From: a virus
Taxonomy: Duplodnaviria; Caudoviricetes
DNA length: 62,097 nt
Virus record (IMG/VR): IMGVR_UViG_3300023181_000031
Span: 1-62,097 of that record
Direction: 5' to 3' (one strand)
The stretch's first letter is position 1; each line of letters opens with the position of its first letter. The notes beneath the pieces are model-generated. The model had not been told where the DNA came from. It made no database searches and was given only the letters and a program-made list of their open reading frames with translations. Below, in pieces: positions 39,159 through 50,122 of the stretch. Both the position numbers and the translations under genes were made by a program.

Positions 39159-39194
39159 ATATAGGGCAGTAACCTTTTACTGTCTTATATTTTT
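39159..39194 (+). terminator. 14-bp hairpin after the tail tube gene
   Basis: ATATAGGGCAGTAA-cctt-TTACTGTCTTATAT + T run. Confidence 0.6.
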
Positions 39195-39220
39195 ATTATA
39201 AATAAAGGAATATATATTAA

Positions 39221-39859
39221 ATGACAAAGTATGAAAATGGTTATTTAGAGCCAGACGATTTAAAAACAATTTATCTTAACGGTAACAAAGCTACTCTAAT
39301 AAAAATAAGTGATTTTGCTGATAGATTAGCCGATGAATTTAATGTTAGCGTAGATCAAATCAAAGAATTTTTTCTTAATCAAAAAACTGAAACATTTGAA
39401 GAAAAGAATTATAAATCTATTGCTAGTACTTGGAATCAAGCGGGTAAAGAAGCTCAAGAAGAGTACAAAGAAGCTAATCCTGATTTAGATTATGATAGAG
39501 TTCAATCTTTAGCTGATAGCTTAGAAACTAAATCCAAAGAAAGTATAGAAAAAACTTTTGAGGTAGTTAATAAAGTTAAATCTCTTTTAAAATCAGAAAT
39601 AACAAACAATAATAACAAAGGATTTTTTAATGATTTAATTGATATTTTAGATTGTGCTACTAACAAACATATTACTAAAGAGATCTTAGAAAATACAAGT
39701 ATAAGCATTTTATTAGAAATGTTATTTAATATAATACTTCAAACACAAAATGAGACATCAAGAAATTTTTTAATAAACAGAGGGGTGAAGTACGTTTATA
39801 CGCTAGTTTCCCCTATATTGAACTCTACACTAACAGGGTTAAAGAATATTATGAGATAG
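39221..39859 (+). CDS. Tail assembly chaperone (gpG analog)
   Basis: Between tube and TMP; slippery site near its 3' end. Confidence 0.75.
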   Translation: MTKYENGYLEPDDLKTIYLNGNKATLIKISDFADRLADEFNVSVDQIKEFFLNQKTETFEEKNYKSIASTWNQAGKEAQEEYKEANPDLDYDRVQSLADSLETKSKESIEKTFEVVNKVKSLLKSEITNNNNKGFFNDLIDILDCATNKHITKEILENTSISILLEMLFNIILQTQNETSRNFLINRGVKYVYTLVSPILNSTLTGLKNIMR

Positions 39860-40260
39860 TTTTAAATGATTTTAACAAAAGTGATTTTGATATATTTGAC
39901 CGTAAAACTTTAAATGATATTGAAACACTTTTAAGACATAATTACTTTTCACAATTTTGGATTGAAAAACAAACTATAGCTACATTAATAGAAAAATGGT
40001 TAGTTATTCAACAAGATAAATTTATAGAAAATGCTACAGAATGGTTTACACGTACGCTATTTGATATAGATTCTAAATCTAAAGAAAAATCAAGTACTAA
40101 ATTAAAAGACGAAAAAACACAAGCGGCTATTGATTTATCAAGATCAGTAATAGAAAAAAAATATTTTCGTATAAAAAAAGACGGTCTTGATAAAGACGGA
40201 AATATACAATATGAAGGTGTGAACCTTCTACAATTTAAACGATTAAGAGGTATAGAATGA
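39763..40260 (+). CDS. -1 frameshift extension of the chaperone (gpGT analog, not in ORF track)
   Basis: A AAT TTT / T TTT TTA at 39763-39772; ATG-less -1 frame FNKQRGEVRLY..RLRGIE open to TGA 40260; AGGGG/CCCCT stem downstream. Confidence 0.85.
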   Translation, partial: KFFNKQRGEVRLYASFPYIELYTNRVKEYYEIVLNDFNKSDFDIFDRKTLNDIETLLRHNYFSQFWIEKQTIATLIEKWLVIQQDKFIENATEWFTRTLFDIDSKSKEKSSTKLKDEKTQAAIDLSRSVIEKKYFRIKKDGLDKDGNIQYEGVNLLQFKRLRGIE

Positions 40261-40748
40261 TAGAGAAATATCAACCAAAACAAATTTTATTATCACTAGG
40301 CTTAAGCGATCATGGAACTAGTACTATATTAAAAGATAAAGATTTTAAATATATTACAAGTACTAAAGATAAATTAGACAAAGATAAAGTAAATGTAATT
40401 ATGTTTAGAAAAAATAGGGCTGAAGGTTTTGATTATCCTGATAGTTTTGAAACATCTGTAAATATGATTAATTCTTTCGATAATTTAAAAGGTCTTTATC
40501 AACCACAAATGGAAAAATTAAAAGAAAGTTCAGATATGGACAATAAAGTTATTACAAATGAAAATAGTAATATAGGTATTGCCCTTATTTATTCAAAATC
40601 AGCACCTAAAAAAGAAGATGATAAAAAAGAAAAATCAGAACTAGTTAAAAATGATCCGCCGCCTTCAACAACTATTATAAGTAAAGATGAAAAATTATCT
40701 GAAATTGTAAATACAACCGAAGACGCTAAAACTAAAAAAACTAAGTAA
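40257..40748 (+). CDS. Hypothetical protein between chaperone and TMP
   Basis: ATGA overlap with the frameshift ORF; low-complexity C-terminus. Confidence 0.65.
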   Translation: MIEKYQPKQILLSLGLSDHGTSTILKDKDFKYITSTKDKLDKDKVNVIMFRKNRAEGFDYPDSFETSVNMINSFDNLKGLYQPQMEKLKESSDMDNKVITNENSNIGIALIYSKSAPKKEDDKKEKSELVKNDPPPSTTIISKDEKLSEIVNTTEDAKTKKTK

Positions 40749-40812
40749 CTTTCTTAATGCTCTTTAGATACGGTCGAAAAGAGCATTTATATTTTTTTCT
40801 AATGGGTGACTA

Positions 40813-43800
40813 ATGGCTTTAAATGATATTCTATTAAAAATACTACTCGATAACGCAGACGCTTTAAAAAAGATTAAGCAAACTATTACAAGTTTTGATG
40901 ATCTAGCAAAGTCTATAAATGGTTTTAATGCTACTACTAAGTCAATGACTAAAGACATGGACGCTTTAGGCGTTAGTATTGGTAAGATTGAAAACAATAA
41001 TAAAAATCTAAGTAAAACTTTTAACGATAATGCTACTAATATAGAGAAACAAGATAATAGCACTAAAACATATCAAAAAACTATTACAAATACTACAGAA
41101 GCTATTCACACCTTAGAAACTAATATAAAAGGTCAGATAGCTAGTATTAACAGTAATACAACAGCTATTAAGGGTAATATACAAGCTTTACAAACTGAAA
41201 ACTCTTTTATCAATAGTAATAACACAGCTATCAAAGGAAATATAGCCGCTTATAACTCACAAACAACCGCTATAAATGGTGATATAAAAGCACTTCATAC
41301 TTTAGATACTTCTATACAAGGTAATATTAGTAATTTAAATTCTAATAAAACCGCTATACAGGGTAACATCGGAGCATTACACACGCTCGAAACAGCTATC
41401 AAAACTGAAAAAGTAGTAATAGAGGGAGCTGTACAAGCTTTAAACGCTGAAAATGTTGTTATTAATAACGTAACAAATAATATTATACGTAACTCAACCG
41501 TTGTAAGAGAACAAACAAACGTTTATCAAGGTTTTCAGAATGTTATATGGGAAGTTCAAACAGCTTTTAACGCTTTAGGTAAAGTAATTAATCAACTTAT
41601 TGATTCACCATTTATCGAGTGGGGGCGTCAGGTTGAGGTTAATTTTAGAAACATGAATAGTATTGGCTTAGAAACTGAGGAACAATTTAAACAAACTAAG
41701 CAAGCAGTATATGACCTGGCAAATAAAGAAGGATTAGCAAATCTAAACGATTTATCCGATGGTTTACGTGAGATATATTCAAGTGGCTATGAAGGAAAGC
41801 AAGCACTAGAATTACTAGAAGCCGCTAATCAAGGTGCAGGGGCAGGTTTAGCACAAACAGCCGAGCAATTACATGCTACAATTAGTATTCTCCATTCTTA
41901 CGGATTGGCGACGTCTGAGGCGGCACGAGTTAACAATATTCTCGTTAAAACTGTACAAGACGGTGTCGTTACATTACCTGAGTTATCAAGATATATAGGT
42001 CAAGCTGTGACCTTAGCACCTGCATTTAAAAAAGCAAATGGGGAAACAGCGGTATCACTTGATCAGGTTGCGGCTGCAATAGTTGGAATAACTAGACAAG
42101 GTTTGAACATATCAGAGACCACAGTAGCAATAAATCAATTATTTAAAACATTCTTAGACCCTGCTAAAGAAGCTAAAGAGTTAGCCGATAGTTTAAATAT
42201 TGATCTATCAAGTAAGGCTTTTAGTGAGCGTAATTTTGCGGAAGTAATACAAGATGTATTAGCAAAAACTAATGGGCCAGATCAAGACGACCTTTTAGGT
42301 AAATTGTTCGGAAATATTAGAGCATTAAAGGGTTTATTTAAATTAGCTCGTGATGACGCACAATTTTTTAAACAAGAAATCGACGTAATAATGTCAGATT
42401 ATGACAAGCAAAATAACGCTCAAAAAGGTGCTTTAGCTGAACAAAGAAAAACATACGATCAACATTTAAAAGCTTTAACTTTACGTTGGGAAGTTGCAGC
42501 ACAAAATTTATTTGATATAGCGAAATTTCTTGCCGCTCCATTTATTGCTATAGTAGATACTTTAATACAAACTTTTAATTTACTTCCTGGATGGTTTAAA
42601 ACTCTTGTAGCGGGTTTTGTTGTAATAACTTTTAATGCGGGTGTTTTAGCCGCTGCATTTGTAACACTTAAATTATCTGCTATGGCGGCTATGAAAGCTT
42701 TACTAATTGTAGGTGTAGAAGCGGAAATATTAGCAAAAGGGTTATATCTACTTAGAACGGCTGCTATAGCCGCTTGGAGTTATTTAGTAATTCCCGCTGC
42801 TGTTTTTGTAGGATTAAATTTATTTAATGAATGGTTAAAAAGTGTAGATACACCATTATCAAGAGCTATATCAAAAGTTATGGATTATGTAGACGCAATA
42901 AATTTACTTAAACAAGCTGCTGAAAGTTTATCTACTGAAAGTGCTGTAATTGAAAACTCTAAAAATTATAATAAATCTATTGACGAAGCAAATAAAAAAG
43001 TAGCGGAATTACTTAAATTAGAAGAAGAAAGATTTGCAGTAGGAAAAAGGTTAACCTCTTTAGAAAAATATGAACTTGCTAGAGCTTCACTTGTTCTTGA
43101 TCCTGTAGGAAATAAAAACTTTGCTCAGGAATATGCTAAAGATTATTTAGCAGAAATTAAAGCCGCTAAAGATAAAGAAAAAGCTATAAAAGAAGTAACT
43201 ATCAGAGGTATAAATGAACGTAAACAATTATCTGAAGACGCATCAAAAACTATAGGACAATTAGAAGATAAATATTTCAAAAGAACATTAGATAAACACG
43301 ACTATAATATTAATAAAGCAAAAGTAGATAGAGACGCTGAATTAAAACAAATACAAAATGCTTACGATCAACAAATTGACTTAGTAGATAAAAATGGTAA
43401 TAAGTATAAACTTACTGAAGAAAAATACAGAGATATAATCTCACGTATTAATGCCTCTTATGATGAAAAAGACAAAACATTACTTAAAGCAAAAAATGAT
43501 TATATTACCGCTGAAAATGAAAAGGCTTTAAGAAAACAAGAAGCAGCTAGAAAGAAATATATTGATAATGTAAATATTAAATTTGATCCTAATGTTTTAC
43601 AAGCTAAAACTAATATAAATGAAATAGAATCAGATACACAACATTCAGATCAAGAAAAACAAAAATCATTAATAGCTCAATATAAATATTTACAGGATTT
43701 ATACAACCTCAAAAAAACATTCTTTACTAAAGATGGTGAAGAGTATAAAAAAGCTCAATTACAAGCTAGTGAATATACTGAAAAAATAGCTAAAGTACAA

Positions 43801-46800
43801 TATCAAGCAACCGTACAAGGTTATCAAGATAGATTAGAAAAAGCTAAGGAATTTACTCAGGATCAAACCGAGTTAGAAAATATTTCTATTGAAGACAAAG
43901 CAAAGAAAATAAAGTTAGCTCTTAACTCTGAAAAGATTATTTATACTCAAATGTCTAAAGATTTAAAACTATCTTTTAATGAAAGACAAGCCGCTAATAA
44001 AAATATTCTTGCTATAGATAAGCAATTAAATAAAAATAAAATAGATTTACAAAAACAATCATTAGATGAACAAATCAACGAAGAAAAAAGAGCTAATAGT
44101 GCATTAGAAACAGAAACTAACAACCGCATTAAAAATGATGAGATAAGAGAAAAAGAAGCCAATGATTTAAGAATTAATGTAGCTAATTTACATCTTAAAG
44201 AATTAAATGCACTCTTAAGAAAAGCTGAAAAAGAAAATAACATTAGTGTTATAAAATCATTAAAAGATGAAATTACAACTACTAAAAATGCTAAGAGTGA
44301 ATTAATAACAAACTATAAACAAATAGCTGAAGAAAGACGTAAAATCGAAGTAGAACAAAGCCAACAGTCTATACAACAACTTATAGCTAATGATGATAAA
44401 TTGTATCAACGTAAATTACAATTTATACAAGATAATGTACAACAAAACGAAATAGCTTACCAACAACAATTAACAACCGATTCAGATTACTATAATAAAC
44501 AACTAGCTTTTATTGATGCCGAAATCGAAGCTGAAAAACAAAAACAATCTTTAATTTATTTTGATAAAGATTATTTTGATAATTTAGAAGCTAGTAGAAG
44601 ACGTATTGCTTTATTAAATGAAGCTAGAATTAATAAAGAATTTGAAGCTGAAAAGAAACTATATCAAAATAAATTAGATTTTATTAACGGTATAGGTCAA
44701 GCATTACAACAATCTAATAATGCAACTGTACAAAGTTTCGGAAATTTAGCTAATAGTGTGGGTAATGCTTTTAGTAGTGTACCTGGAATATTAACAGATA
44801 TCACAAAGGCTATGAGTGGCGATTTTTCAGGCGTAATAGTTAGAGTATTAAATGAAACTGTAAGAATAACAAATAGTTTAGGTAGTGCATGGGATAACTT
44901 TAATAAAGGTGCTGCTAAAGGTAAAGAAGGTATGCAAGATATCTTAAAAGCTTCTAATGATCTATTAAGAGCTGTGCCTTTTGTGGGTGATATGCTAGCT
45001 GATTTTTTCAAAACGGCAACAAATATATTAGGATTAACAAAATCAGATAAAGAAATAGAAGATAATAATAAACTTATTAATTCTACTTATGAACTAGCAA
45101 AGGTTAAATTACAAACCGCTGATAAAACATCTAAAGGAGAGATAGAGCTTGAAAATTTAGCTTATGATAACGCTATACATAATCTTAACCAAGAAAAATT
45201 AAACGCTCAGGATTACGCTAATAAAAAAGAAATTATAGAGATACAACATCAAGAAAAACTAAGCGAAATAAGACAAAAAGCAAGTGAGAAAGATCTCGAA
45301 ATAACACAAGCACTTATGACTAGTCAATTAAAATTAAATGATAGTTATAGAAATAAATTATTAAATAATACTTTAAGCGGAATAACTAAACTTATAAACC
45401 TTACTAATCAATTAGCTAGAGGAGAAATTACACAAGATCAATTTAATAAATTAGCACAAACTAATCAAAACGAAGTTAACTCAAATGATGATAGTATACG
45501 TTTAAGCGAAGTTGCAAAACAAATATCATTAGACGCTAAAGTAGCTAAATCATATATAGAAACACGTGAAGACTCTGAACAAAAAAGTATAGATCTAGCT
45601 AATAATGCTTTTAATGAGCGTAAAGCTATTTTAGATGCTGAGTTAAAATATGGAAAAATTCAACAGGCTGAATATGATAGAGAATTAATAATAGCTCAAA
45701 ATAATCGTTTAGTTGCTATGAAATCTAACGCAAAAACTGCTAATAAAGATATTGTAGAAGCTAACGAAAAAAATTATAAATCTGAGTTATCTATTATTGA
45801 TAAATTTTACGGTGAAAAAAGACGTAAACTTGAACAAGACGTACAAAAAGAAATAGATATAATTCAAGATAAAAACAATAAACTTAGACAATTAGACGAA
45901 GATAGACAAACAACATTAGAACAAAAACAAACTAGATTAACCGCTTTTAATAATGCTTTAGCTGATCCAAATAATCAACGTACAGCAGATTTTTATAGAG
46001 CTAATCCCGAGGATTTTGAGAATGGCTTTAATGGAAATACAGCAGCTAGACAAAACCTAGAAGCTGGATTTAATGCGGGTACTGTAGATTTTGATTCGTA
46101 TATGCGTCAACGTGCCTCACTTGGTTTAAAACAATATCAATATTATACAGAACAAGCTAAAAAAATACTTGATCCTAAAGAACGTCAAGAAGCTTTAAAC
46201 AAGGCTATCGCAGGTCAAGAAGAATTTTACAATTTTGTATTTGATAAAGATAAAGAAAAAATAGAACTAGAAGCCCGTCAAGCTGAAAAACGTAAGCAAG
46301 AAAAGCAAAAAGAATTAGACGCTATATTAATTCTTGAGAAGCAGGCTATATCTAAGTTAGACGCCGCTTATAAAAATTCTGCGGGCTTGTATAAGGACGT
46401 TTTTGTGCAAGCTACTCAATCTTGGGTGGATTTTGCTCAGGCTGCAATTAATGATATTGATTTATCTAACTTGATTAAAAAAGCTACGAATGATATAGCA
46501 CAAACTACACAAGGTGTTACAGGTAGTAATAATATTAGTAATCCTCAACCACAAGCGGGATATAACAGCGGTACAGGTACGGTAAATATTCCGATACCAC
46601 TTCCAGGCGGTGGATTTGTAAATATTCCAATACCTGTACACGCTCCAACTAATCAAAATATAGGCTCTACAACTGCTAACAGTACTAATAACTTAGGCTC
46701 TAATTCTAATTTATCTATAGATGAACAAATCAGACGTTTAACTATTGATGACGCAAATATAGAACGTGCTAAGCGTGGTATGCCTTTATTAAAATATCAT

Positions 46801-47097
46801 GGTGGTGGTGATACCCCTACAAGTGGCGGTGAGTTTTTTGCATTAATGAAACCAAAAGAAACAGTATTTAATGAAACTCAACGAAATGAAGTACACAGTG
46901 GAATATTAAACCTAGTTAGAGAAGCAAACGCAAGACCTTCTAATAATTACAATAATAGCTCTAAAAATATAACTGTTGTTTTTAATCCTGTATTACATAA
47001 TGTTGATCTCGCTAATAGTCCAATGCTTCAAGCTACTATGAAAAATGAATTTAATGTGTTTAAAAATGATTTACAAAATACTATTTTAGGTAGGTAA
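40813..47097 (+). CDS. Tail tape measure protein (TP901-type core)
   Basis: 2094 aa; ILHSYGL..NNILVKTVQDGVVTLPELS; TM region; long coiled coil; KYHGGG near C-terminus. Confidence 0.92.
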   Translation: MALNDILLKILLDNADALKKIKQTITSFDDLAKSINGFNATTKSMTKDMDALGVSIGKIENNNKNLSKTFNDNATNIEKQDNSTKTYQKTITNTTEAIHTLETNIKGQIASINSNTTAIKGNIQALQTENSFINSNNTAIKGNIAAYNSQTTAINGDIKALHTLDTSIQGNISNLNSNKTAIQGNIGALHTLETAIKTEKVVIEGAVQALNAENVVINNVTNNIIRNSTVVREQTNVYQGFQNVIWEVQTAFNALGKVINQLIDSPFIEWGRQVEVNFRNMNSIGLETEEQFKQTKQAVYDLANKEGLANLNDLSDGLREIYSSGYEGKQALELLEAANQGAGAGLAQTAEQLHATISILHSYGLATSEAARVNNILVKTVQDGVVTLPELSRYIGQAVTLAPAFKKANGETAVSLDQVAAAIVGITRQGLNISETTVAINQLFKTFLDPAKEAKELADSLNIDLSSKAFSERNFAEVIQDVLAKTNGPDQDDLLGKLFGNIRALKGLFKLARDDAQFFKQEIDVIMSDYDKQNNAQKGALAEQRKTYDQHLKALTLRWEVAAQNLFDIAKFLAAPFIAIVDTLIQTFNLLPGWFKTLVAGFVVITFNAGVLAAAFVTLKLSAMAAMKALLIVGVEAEILAKGLYLLRTAAIAAWSYLVIPAAVFVGLNLFNEWLKSVDTPLSRAISKVMDYVDAINLLKQAAESLSTESAVIENSKNYNKSIDEANKKVAELLKLEEERFAVGKRLTSLEKYELARASLVLDPVGNKNFAQEYAKDYLAEIKAAKDKEKAIKEVTIRGINERKQLSEDASKTIGQLEDKYFKRTLDKHDYNINKAKVDRDAELKQIQNAYDQQIDLVDKNGNKYKLTEEKYRDIISRINASYDEKDKTLLKAKNDYITAENEKALRKQEAARKKYIDNVNIKFDPNVLQAKTNINEIESDTQHSDQEKQKSLIAQYKYLQDLYNLKKTFFTKDGEEYKKAQLQASEYTEKIAKVQYQATVQGYQDRLEKAKEFTQDQTELENISIEDKAKKIKLALNSEKIIYTQMSKDLKLSFNERQAANKNILAIDKQLNKNKIDLQKQSLDEQINEEKRANSALETETNNRIKNDEIREKEANDLRINVANLHLKELNALLRKAEKENNISVIKSLKDEITTTKNAKSELITNYKQIAEERRKIEVEQSQQSIQQLIANDDKLYQRKLQFIQDNVQQNEIAYQQQLTTDSDYYNKQLAFIDAEIEAEKQKQSLIYFDKDYFDNLEASRRRIALLNEARINKEFEAEKKLYQNKLDFINGIGQALQQSNNATVQSFGNLANSVGNAFSSVPGILTDITKAMSGDFSGVIVRVLNETVRITNSLGSAWDNFNKGAAKGKEGMQDILKASNDLLRAVPFVGDMLADFFKTATNILGLTKSDKEIEDNNKLINSTYELAKVKLQTADKTSKGEIELENLAYDNAIHNLNQEKLNAQDYANKKEIIEIQHQEKLSEIRQKASEKDLEITQALMTSQLKLNDSYRNKLLNNTLSGITKLINLTNQLARGEITQDQFNKLAQTNQNEVNSNDDSIRLSEVAKQISLDAKVAKSYIETREDSEQKSIDLANNAFNERKAILDAELKYGKIQQAEYDRELIIAQNNRLVAMKSNAKTANKDIVEANEKNYKSELSIIDKFYGEKRRKLEQDVQKEIDIIQDKNNKLRQLDEDRQTTLEQKQTRLTAFNNALADPNNQRTADFYRANPEDFENGFNGNTAARQNLEAGFNAGTVDFDSYMRQRASLGLKQYQYYTEQAKKILDPKERQEALNKAIAGQEEFYNFVFDKDKEKIELEARQAEKRKQEKQKELDAILILEKQAISKLDAAYKNSAGLYKDVFVQATQSWVDFAQAAINDIDLSNLIKKATNDIAQTTQGVTGSNNISNPQPQAGYNSGTGTVNIPIPLPGGGFVNIPIPVHAPTNQNIGSTTANSTNNLGSNSNLSIDEQIRRLTIDDANIERAKRGMPLLKYHGGGDTPTSGGEFFALMKPKETVFNETQRNEVHSGILNLVREANARPSNNYNNSSKNITVVFNPVLHNVDLANSPMLQATMKNEFNVFKNDLQNTILGR

Positions 47098-47099
47098 TT

Positions 47100-47783
47100 A
47101 TGATAAATAAACAACCTATCTTACTTAAAAAATATAATGCTATTAAATGGATTGATATATCTAATTATATAGATCATAATCAATTACCTGGAAGTAGTGA
47201 CCCTGAAAATAATAGTCTGTATCAATTCTCACTTGGTTTTATTGACCCACAAGACGACAACGGAAATTATATAACTATTGAAAACGGTGACGATATTGCT
47301 ATATTAACAAGTGATAGTACACAAATACTTGATAATTTAAAATTAGGTTGCGTTACTACGAAAACAATTCCGCCCCCTGTTTTAGATTGTTCAAGCGGTA
47401 TAAATAGATTAAAACTTAGTTATTCATTAACAATAACTCAACGTGATTGGTCATTTTATCCACTTCAATTATCTAATAAGGTATTTGATGATAATTCAAA
47501 TTTTCAATATCTTTTAACAATACTAACCTATATTTTTAGCTCTAACTTTGTAAGAGATGATCTAGGCGGGGTAATGGCTAACGGTACAATAATAGATAAG
47601 TTTGTCTTATTAGGTGAAAATATTGAAATGCAAGTTCCCGAGATAGAAGGAATATCAAGAGAGATATTAACAGAAATACTTAATCAAATTGGTTACGCTT
47701 GGGGTGTTCAATCTTTTAGTGAACCTAACGCAGAAACAACAATAAAAACATTCTATCAGGTGGTAATATGGCAACAGGATTAA
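47100..47783 (+). CDS. Tail tip protein
   Basis: Directly after the TMP; beta-rich. Confidence 0.6.
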   Translation: MINKQPILLKKYNAIKWIDISNYIDHNQLPGSSDPENNSLYQFSLGFIDPQDDNGNYITIENGDDIAILTSDSTQILDNLKLGCVTTKTIPPPVLDCSSGINRLKLSYSLTITQRDWSFYPLQLSNKVFDDNSNFQYLLTILTYIFSSNFVRDDLGGVMANGTIIDKFVLLGENIEMQVPEIEGISREILTEILNQIGYAWGVQSFSEPNAETTIKTFYQVVIWQQD

Positions 47784-50122
47784 CAGAACTTACTAACGAT
47801 TGGTCATGTGGAGTATTAACAACTCATGTTGTTAACGGTGCTTTATATAATGCAGACTATCAGTTAAATATAAATCAACCTGAGTATTTTACAGGCGATA
47901 AATCTATAAGTGTAACTAGTGAAAGCTCTACACTTAGAAATTACTTAGTACTATTAGCGTTATTACTTAGTCAAAATAATCAACTAACAATACAAACATA
48001 TCCAACCACAGGAAATGATACATATAATATTGGAAAAAGTGCCGACATATTATATTGTGCTAGATATATAGATTCATTTTTAACTAATGTTATAAATACT
48101 AGTACCGCTAGTTTGCCGCAAGATGTAAGTGAAAAAGTAGGTAAATATGATATAAGGTTTACTGTAAATAATTTAGGCGGTAAATTAATTTGTAGAATTA
48201 CAAGTAATAGTATTCAATATATTAGACAATTTTCTATAAGTGACACAACTATAATTTTATTAGATCCTGAAACAGGTTTAACTAGTCCGATTGCTACATT
48301 ATCCAAGAATGACCGATGGGAATTACTTAATTCATTCGATGTGCTTGAAGAGAACCTTGAAAGTACTGTCGGATATCCAGTGCAAGGATATGTAATTAAA
48401 CATATAGAGCCAAATGGAGAGAGTTTTATTAAGTTTGGACAATACGATAAACCCAGTAAATTAATAGGCGAAAAAGTAGTTATAACATATAAAGGTTTAT
48501 TAGATTTTAAACAACAATTCCCTTACGAGCAATCAATGCTTAGATATGGAACTTATATAAGAAAAGAAGAGTTAAACTTTCCTGTTACACAAGAAACTAT
48601 TAATTATATCGAAGCTACTTTAAAGAAATTTACAGAGCCTATGGTAACTATTAACCTAGAAACTTATAGACCTAATAAACCTAAAAAAGGGTGGAAAATT
48701 AACGTAAATGTACCAGGTATAGCAATAGGTCAATTTACTATTACAGGAGTAAGTGAAACTTATATACACCCTAACGGGCAATTAAATAATGTACCTTTTC
48801 GACTTTGGAAAGTAACACTAGCTAATTATGTGGATAATTTACAAACACTATTAGCAGGTTTAAAACGTAAAAATGATTTAAACAAAGCTAAGTTAGCTGA
48901 TAATATTATTTATAAATCTGTTATGAATTTTCAAACTTTACTTAATTTTGTTGATGATCCTGCAATTATTGATAATGGTTTAATAGCTCCTCAAAATCTT
49001 AGCTTTTCTAATTTAACAAATGATAGTTTTAATATTAATTTTGATATGGTAGACGGACAAAATTATAAAATAACTGTCTATTTAGACGGTAATTATAATA
49101 ATATTGCGCAAGGATTAAATTTTCAAGATGTTGTGAGTGGGCAATTAATTACATCACCTGATATTACAGATGGTACTAAGTTTTGGGTTCATATAGTAGC
49201 AATTAAAAACACTATTCAATCTATGTATACTGAATTAATAATTGAGAAACAAGTATTACAAGAAAGAATATTAGGTATAAGATATAATGCTCCTTTCTTT
49301 AGTACAGGCGAGGTTTTTAGTTGTAAACCTGACGGATCAGATTTTCAATTACATACTAGTAGCGGTACAGTTAAGCAAGGTGCTACGTATCTTAACAATG
49401 GTGATATCATTTTTAATGAAAATAATACTTTATACAGAATTACAAAAGCTAGTAATTATGCAACCAAAACAGAAGTTAAATATTTAAATGCTGGTGTATT
49501 AACATCATTACCTAGTGGTAGTCGTGCCCCTCATGCAAGTTATGAGAGCGAAAATATAATATCATATCAGTATGGGTTTGCCAATGGTTTTCAAATATTA
49601 AATGTAGATACAATGCAATTATTGTATACAATATCTGGCTCATATGATTTACCTAATTTTTCCTTAGATAATACTAAATTATCAATAATACATCAAAGTA
49701 GTGGTTCTTATCCAAGAATATTTACAAAAGATGGGGTTGGTTGGGAGAATGGATTATCTGCAACTGATTTACCTACATTAAGCGGCGGTGTATATATTGG
49801 TAGAAATATATTAGATCAAAATAATCAAAATCTTATTTATGAAAAATATGCTTTTGATGCTAATAGCTCTAATCAATTAGTTAAATTTAATATAGCTAAT
49901 TCCACTGAAACAATTAGTGTTAACACTGGCAATAATGGTATTCCAAAAAATAAACCTGATGGTAGTAAATTCGGTTTTGCTTCTTTACGCTCAGGCAGTA
50001 GTTATTATCAAATTTATTTAGCGGATTGGTCAGGCGATTACACCACAAATAATCAACAACCATTATTTAGCAGTGACACAGGATTTAATGACTTTATTTA
50101 TGATTGGAGATATATAACTTAA
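47768..50122 (+). CDS. Tail tip/hub protein with FN3 and TolB-like beta-propeller
   Basis: APQNLSFSNLT (FN3); FSCKPDGS, PNFSLDNTKL, KPDGSKFGFASLRSG..QIY (PD40-like). Confidence 0.7.
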   Translation: MATGLTELTNDWSCGVLTTHVVNGALYNADYQLNINQPEYFTGDKSISVTSESSTLRNYLVLLALLLSQNNQLTIQTYPTTGNDTYNIGKSADILYCARYIDSFLTNVINTSTASLPQDVSEKVGKYDIRFTVNNLGGKLICRITSNSIQYIRQFSISDTTIILLDPETGLTSPIATLSKNDRWELLNSFDVLEENLESTVGYPVQGYVIKHIEPNGESFIKFGQYDKPSKLIGEKVVITYKGLLDFKQQFPYEQSMLRYGTYIRKEELNFPVTQETINYIEATLKKFTEPMVTINLETYRPNKPKKGWKINVNVPGIAIGQFTITGVSETYIHPNGQLNNVPFRLWKVTLANYVDNLQTLLAGLKRKNDLNKAKLADNIIYKSVMNFQTLLNFVDDPAIIDNGLIAPQNLSFSNLTNDSFNINFDMVDGQNYKITVYLDGNYNNIAQGLNFQDVVSGQLITSPDITDGTKFWVHIVAIKNTIQSMYTELIIEKQVLQERILGIRYNAPFFSTGEVFSCKPDGSDFQLHTSSGTVKQGATYLNNGDIIFNENNTLYRITKASNYATKTEVKYLNAGVLTSLPSGSRAPHASYESENIISYQYGFANGFQILNVDTMQLLYTISGSYDLPNFSLDNTKLSIIHQSSGSYPRIFTKDGVGWENGLSATDLPTLSGGVYIGRNILDQNNQNLIYEKYAFDANSSNQLVKFNIANSTETISVNTGNNGIPKNKPDGSKFGFASLRSGSSYYQIYLADWSGDYTTNNQQPLFSSDTGFNDFIYDWRYIT

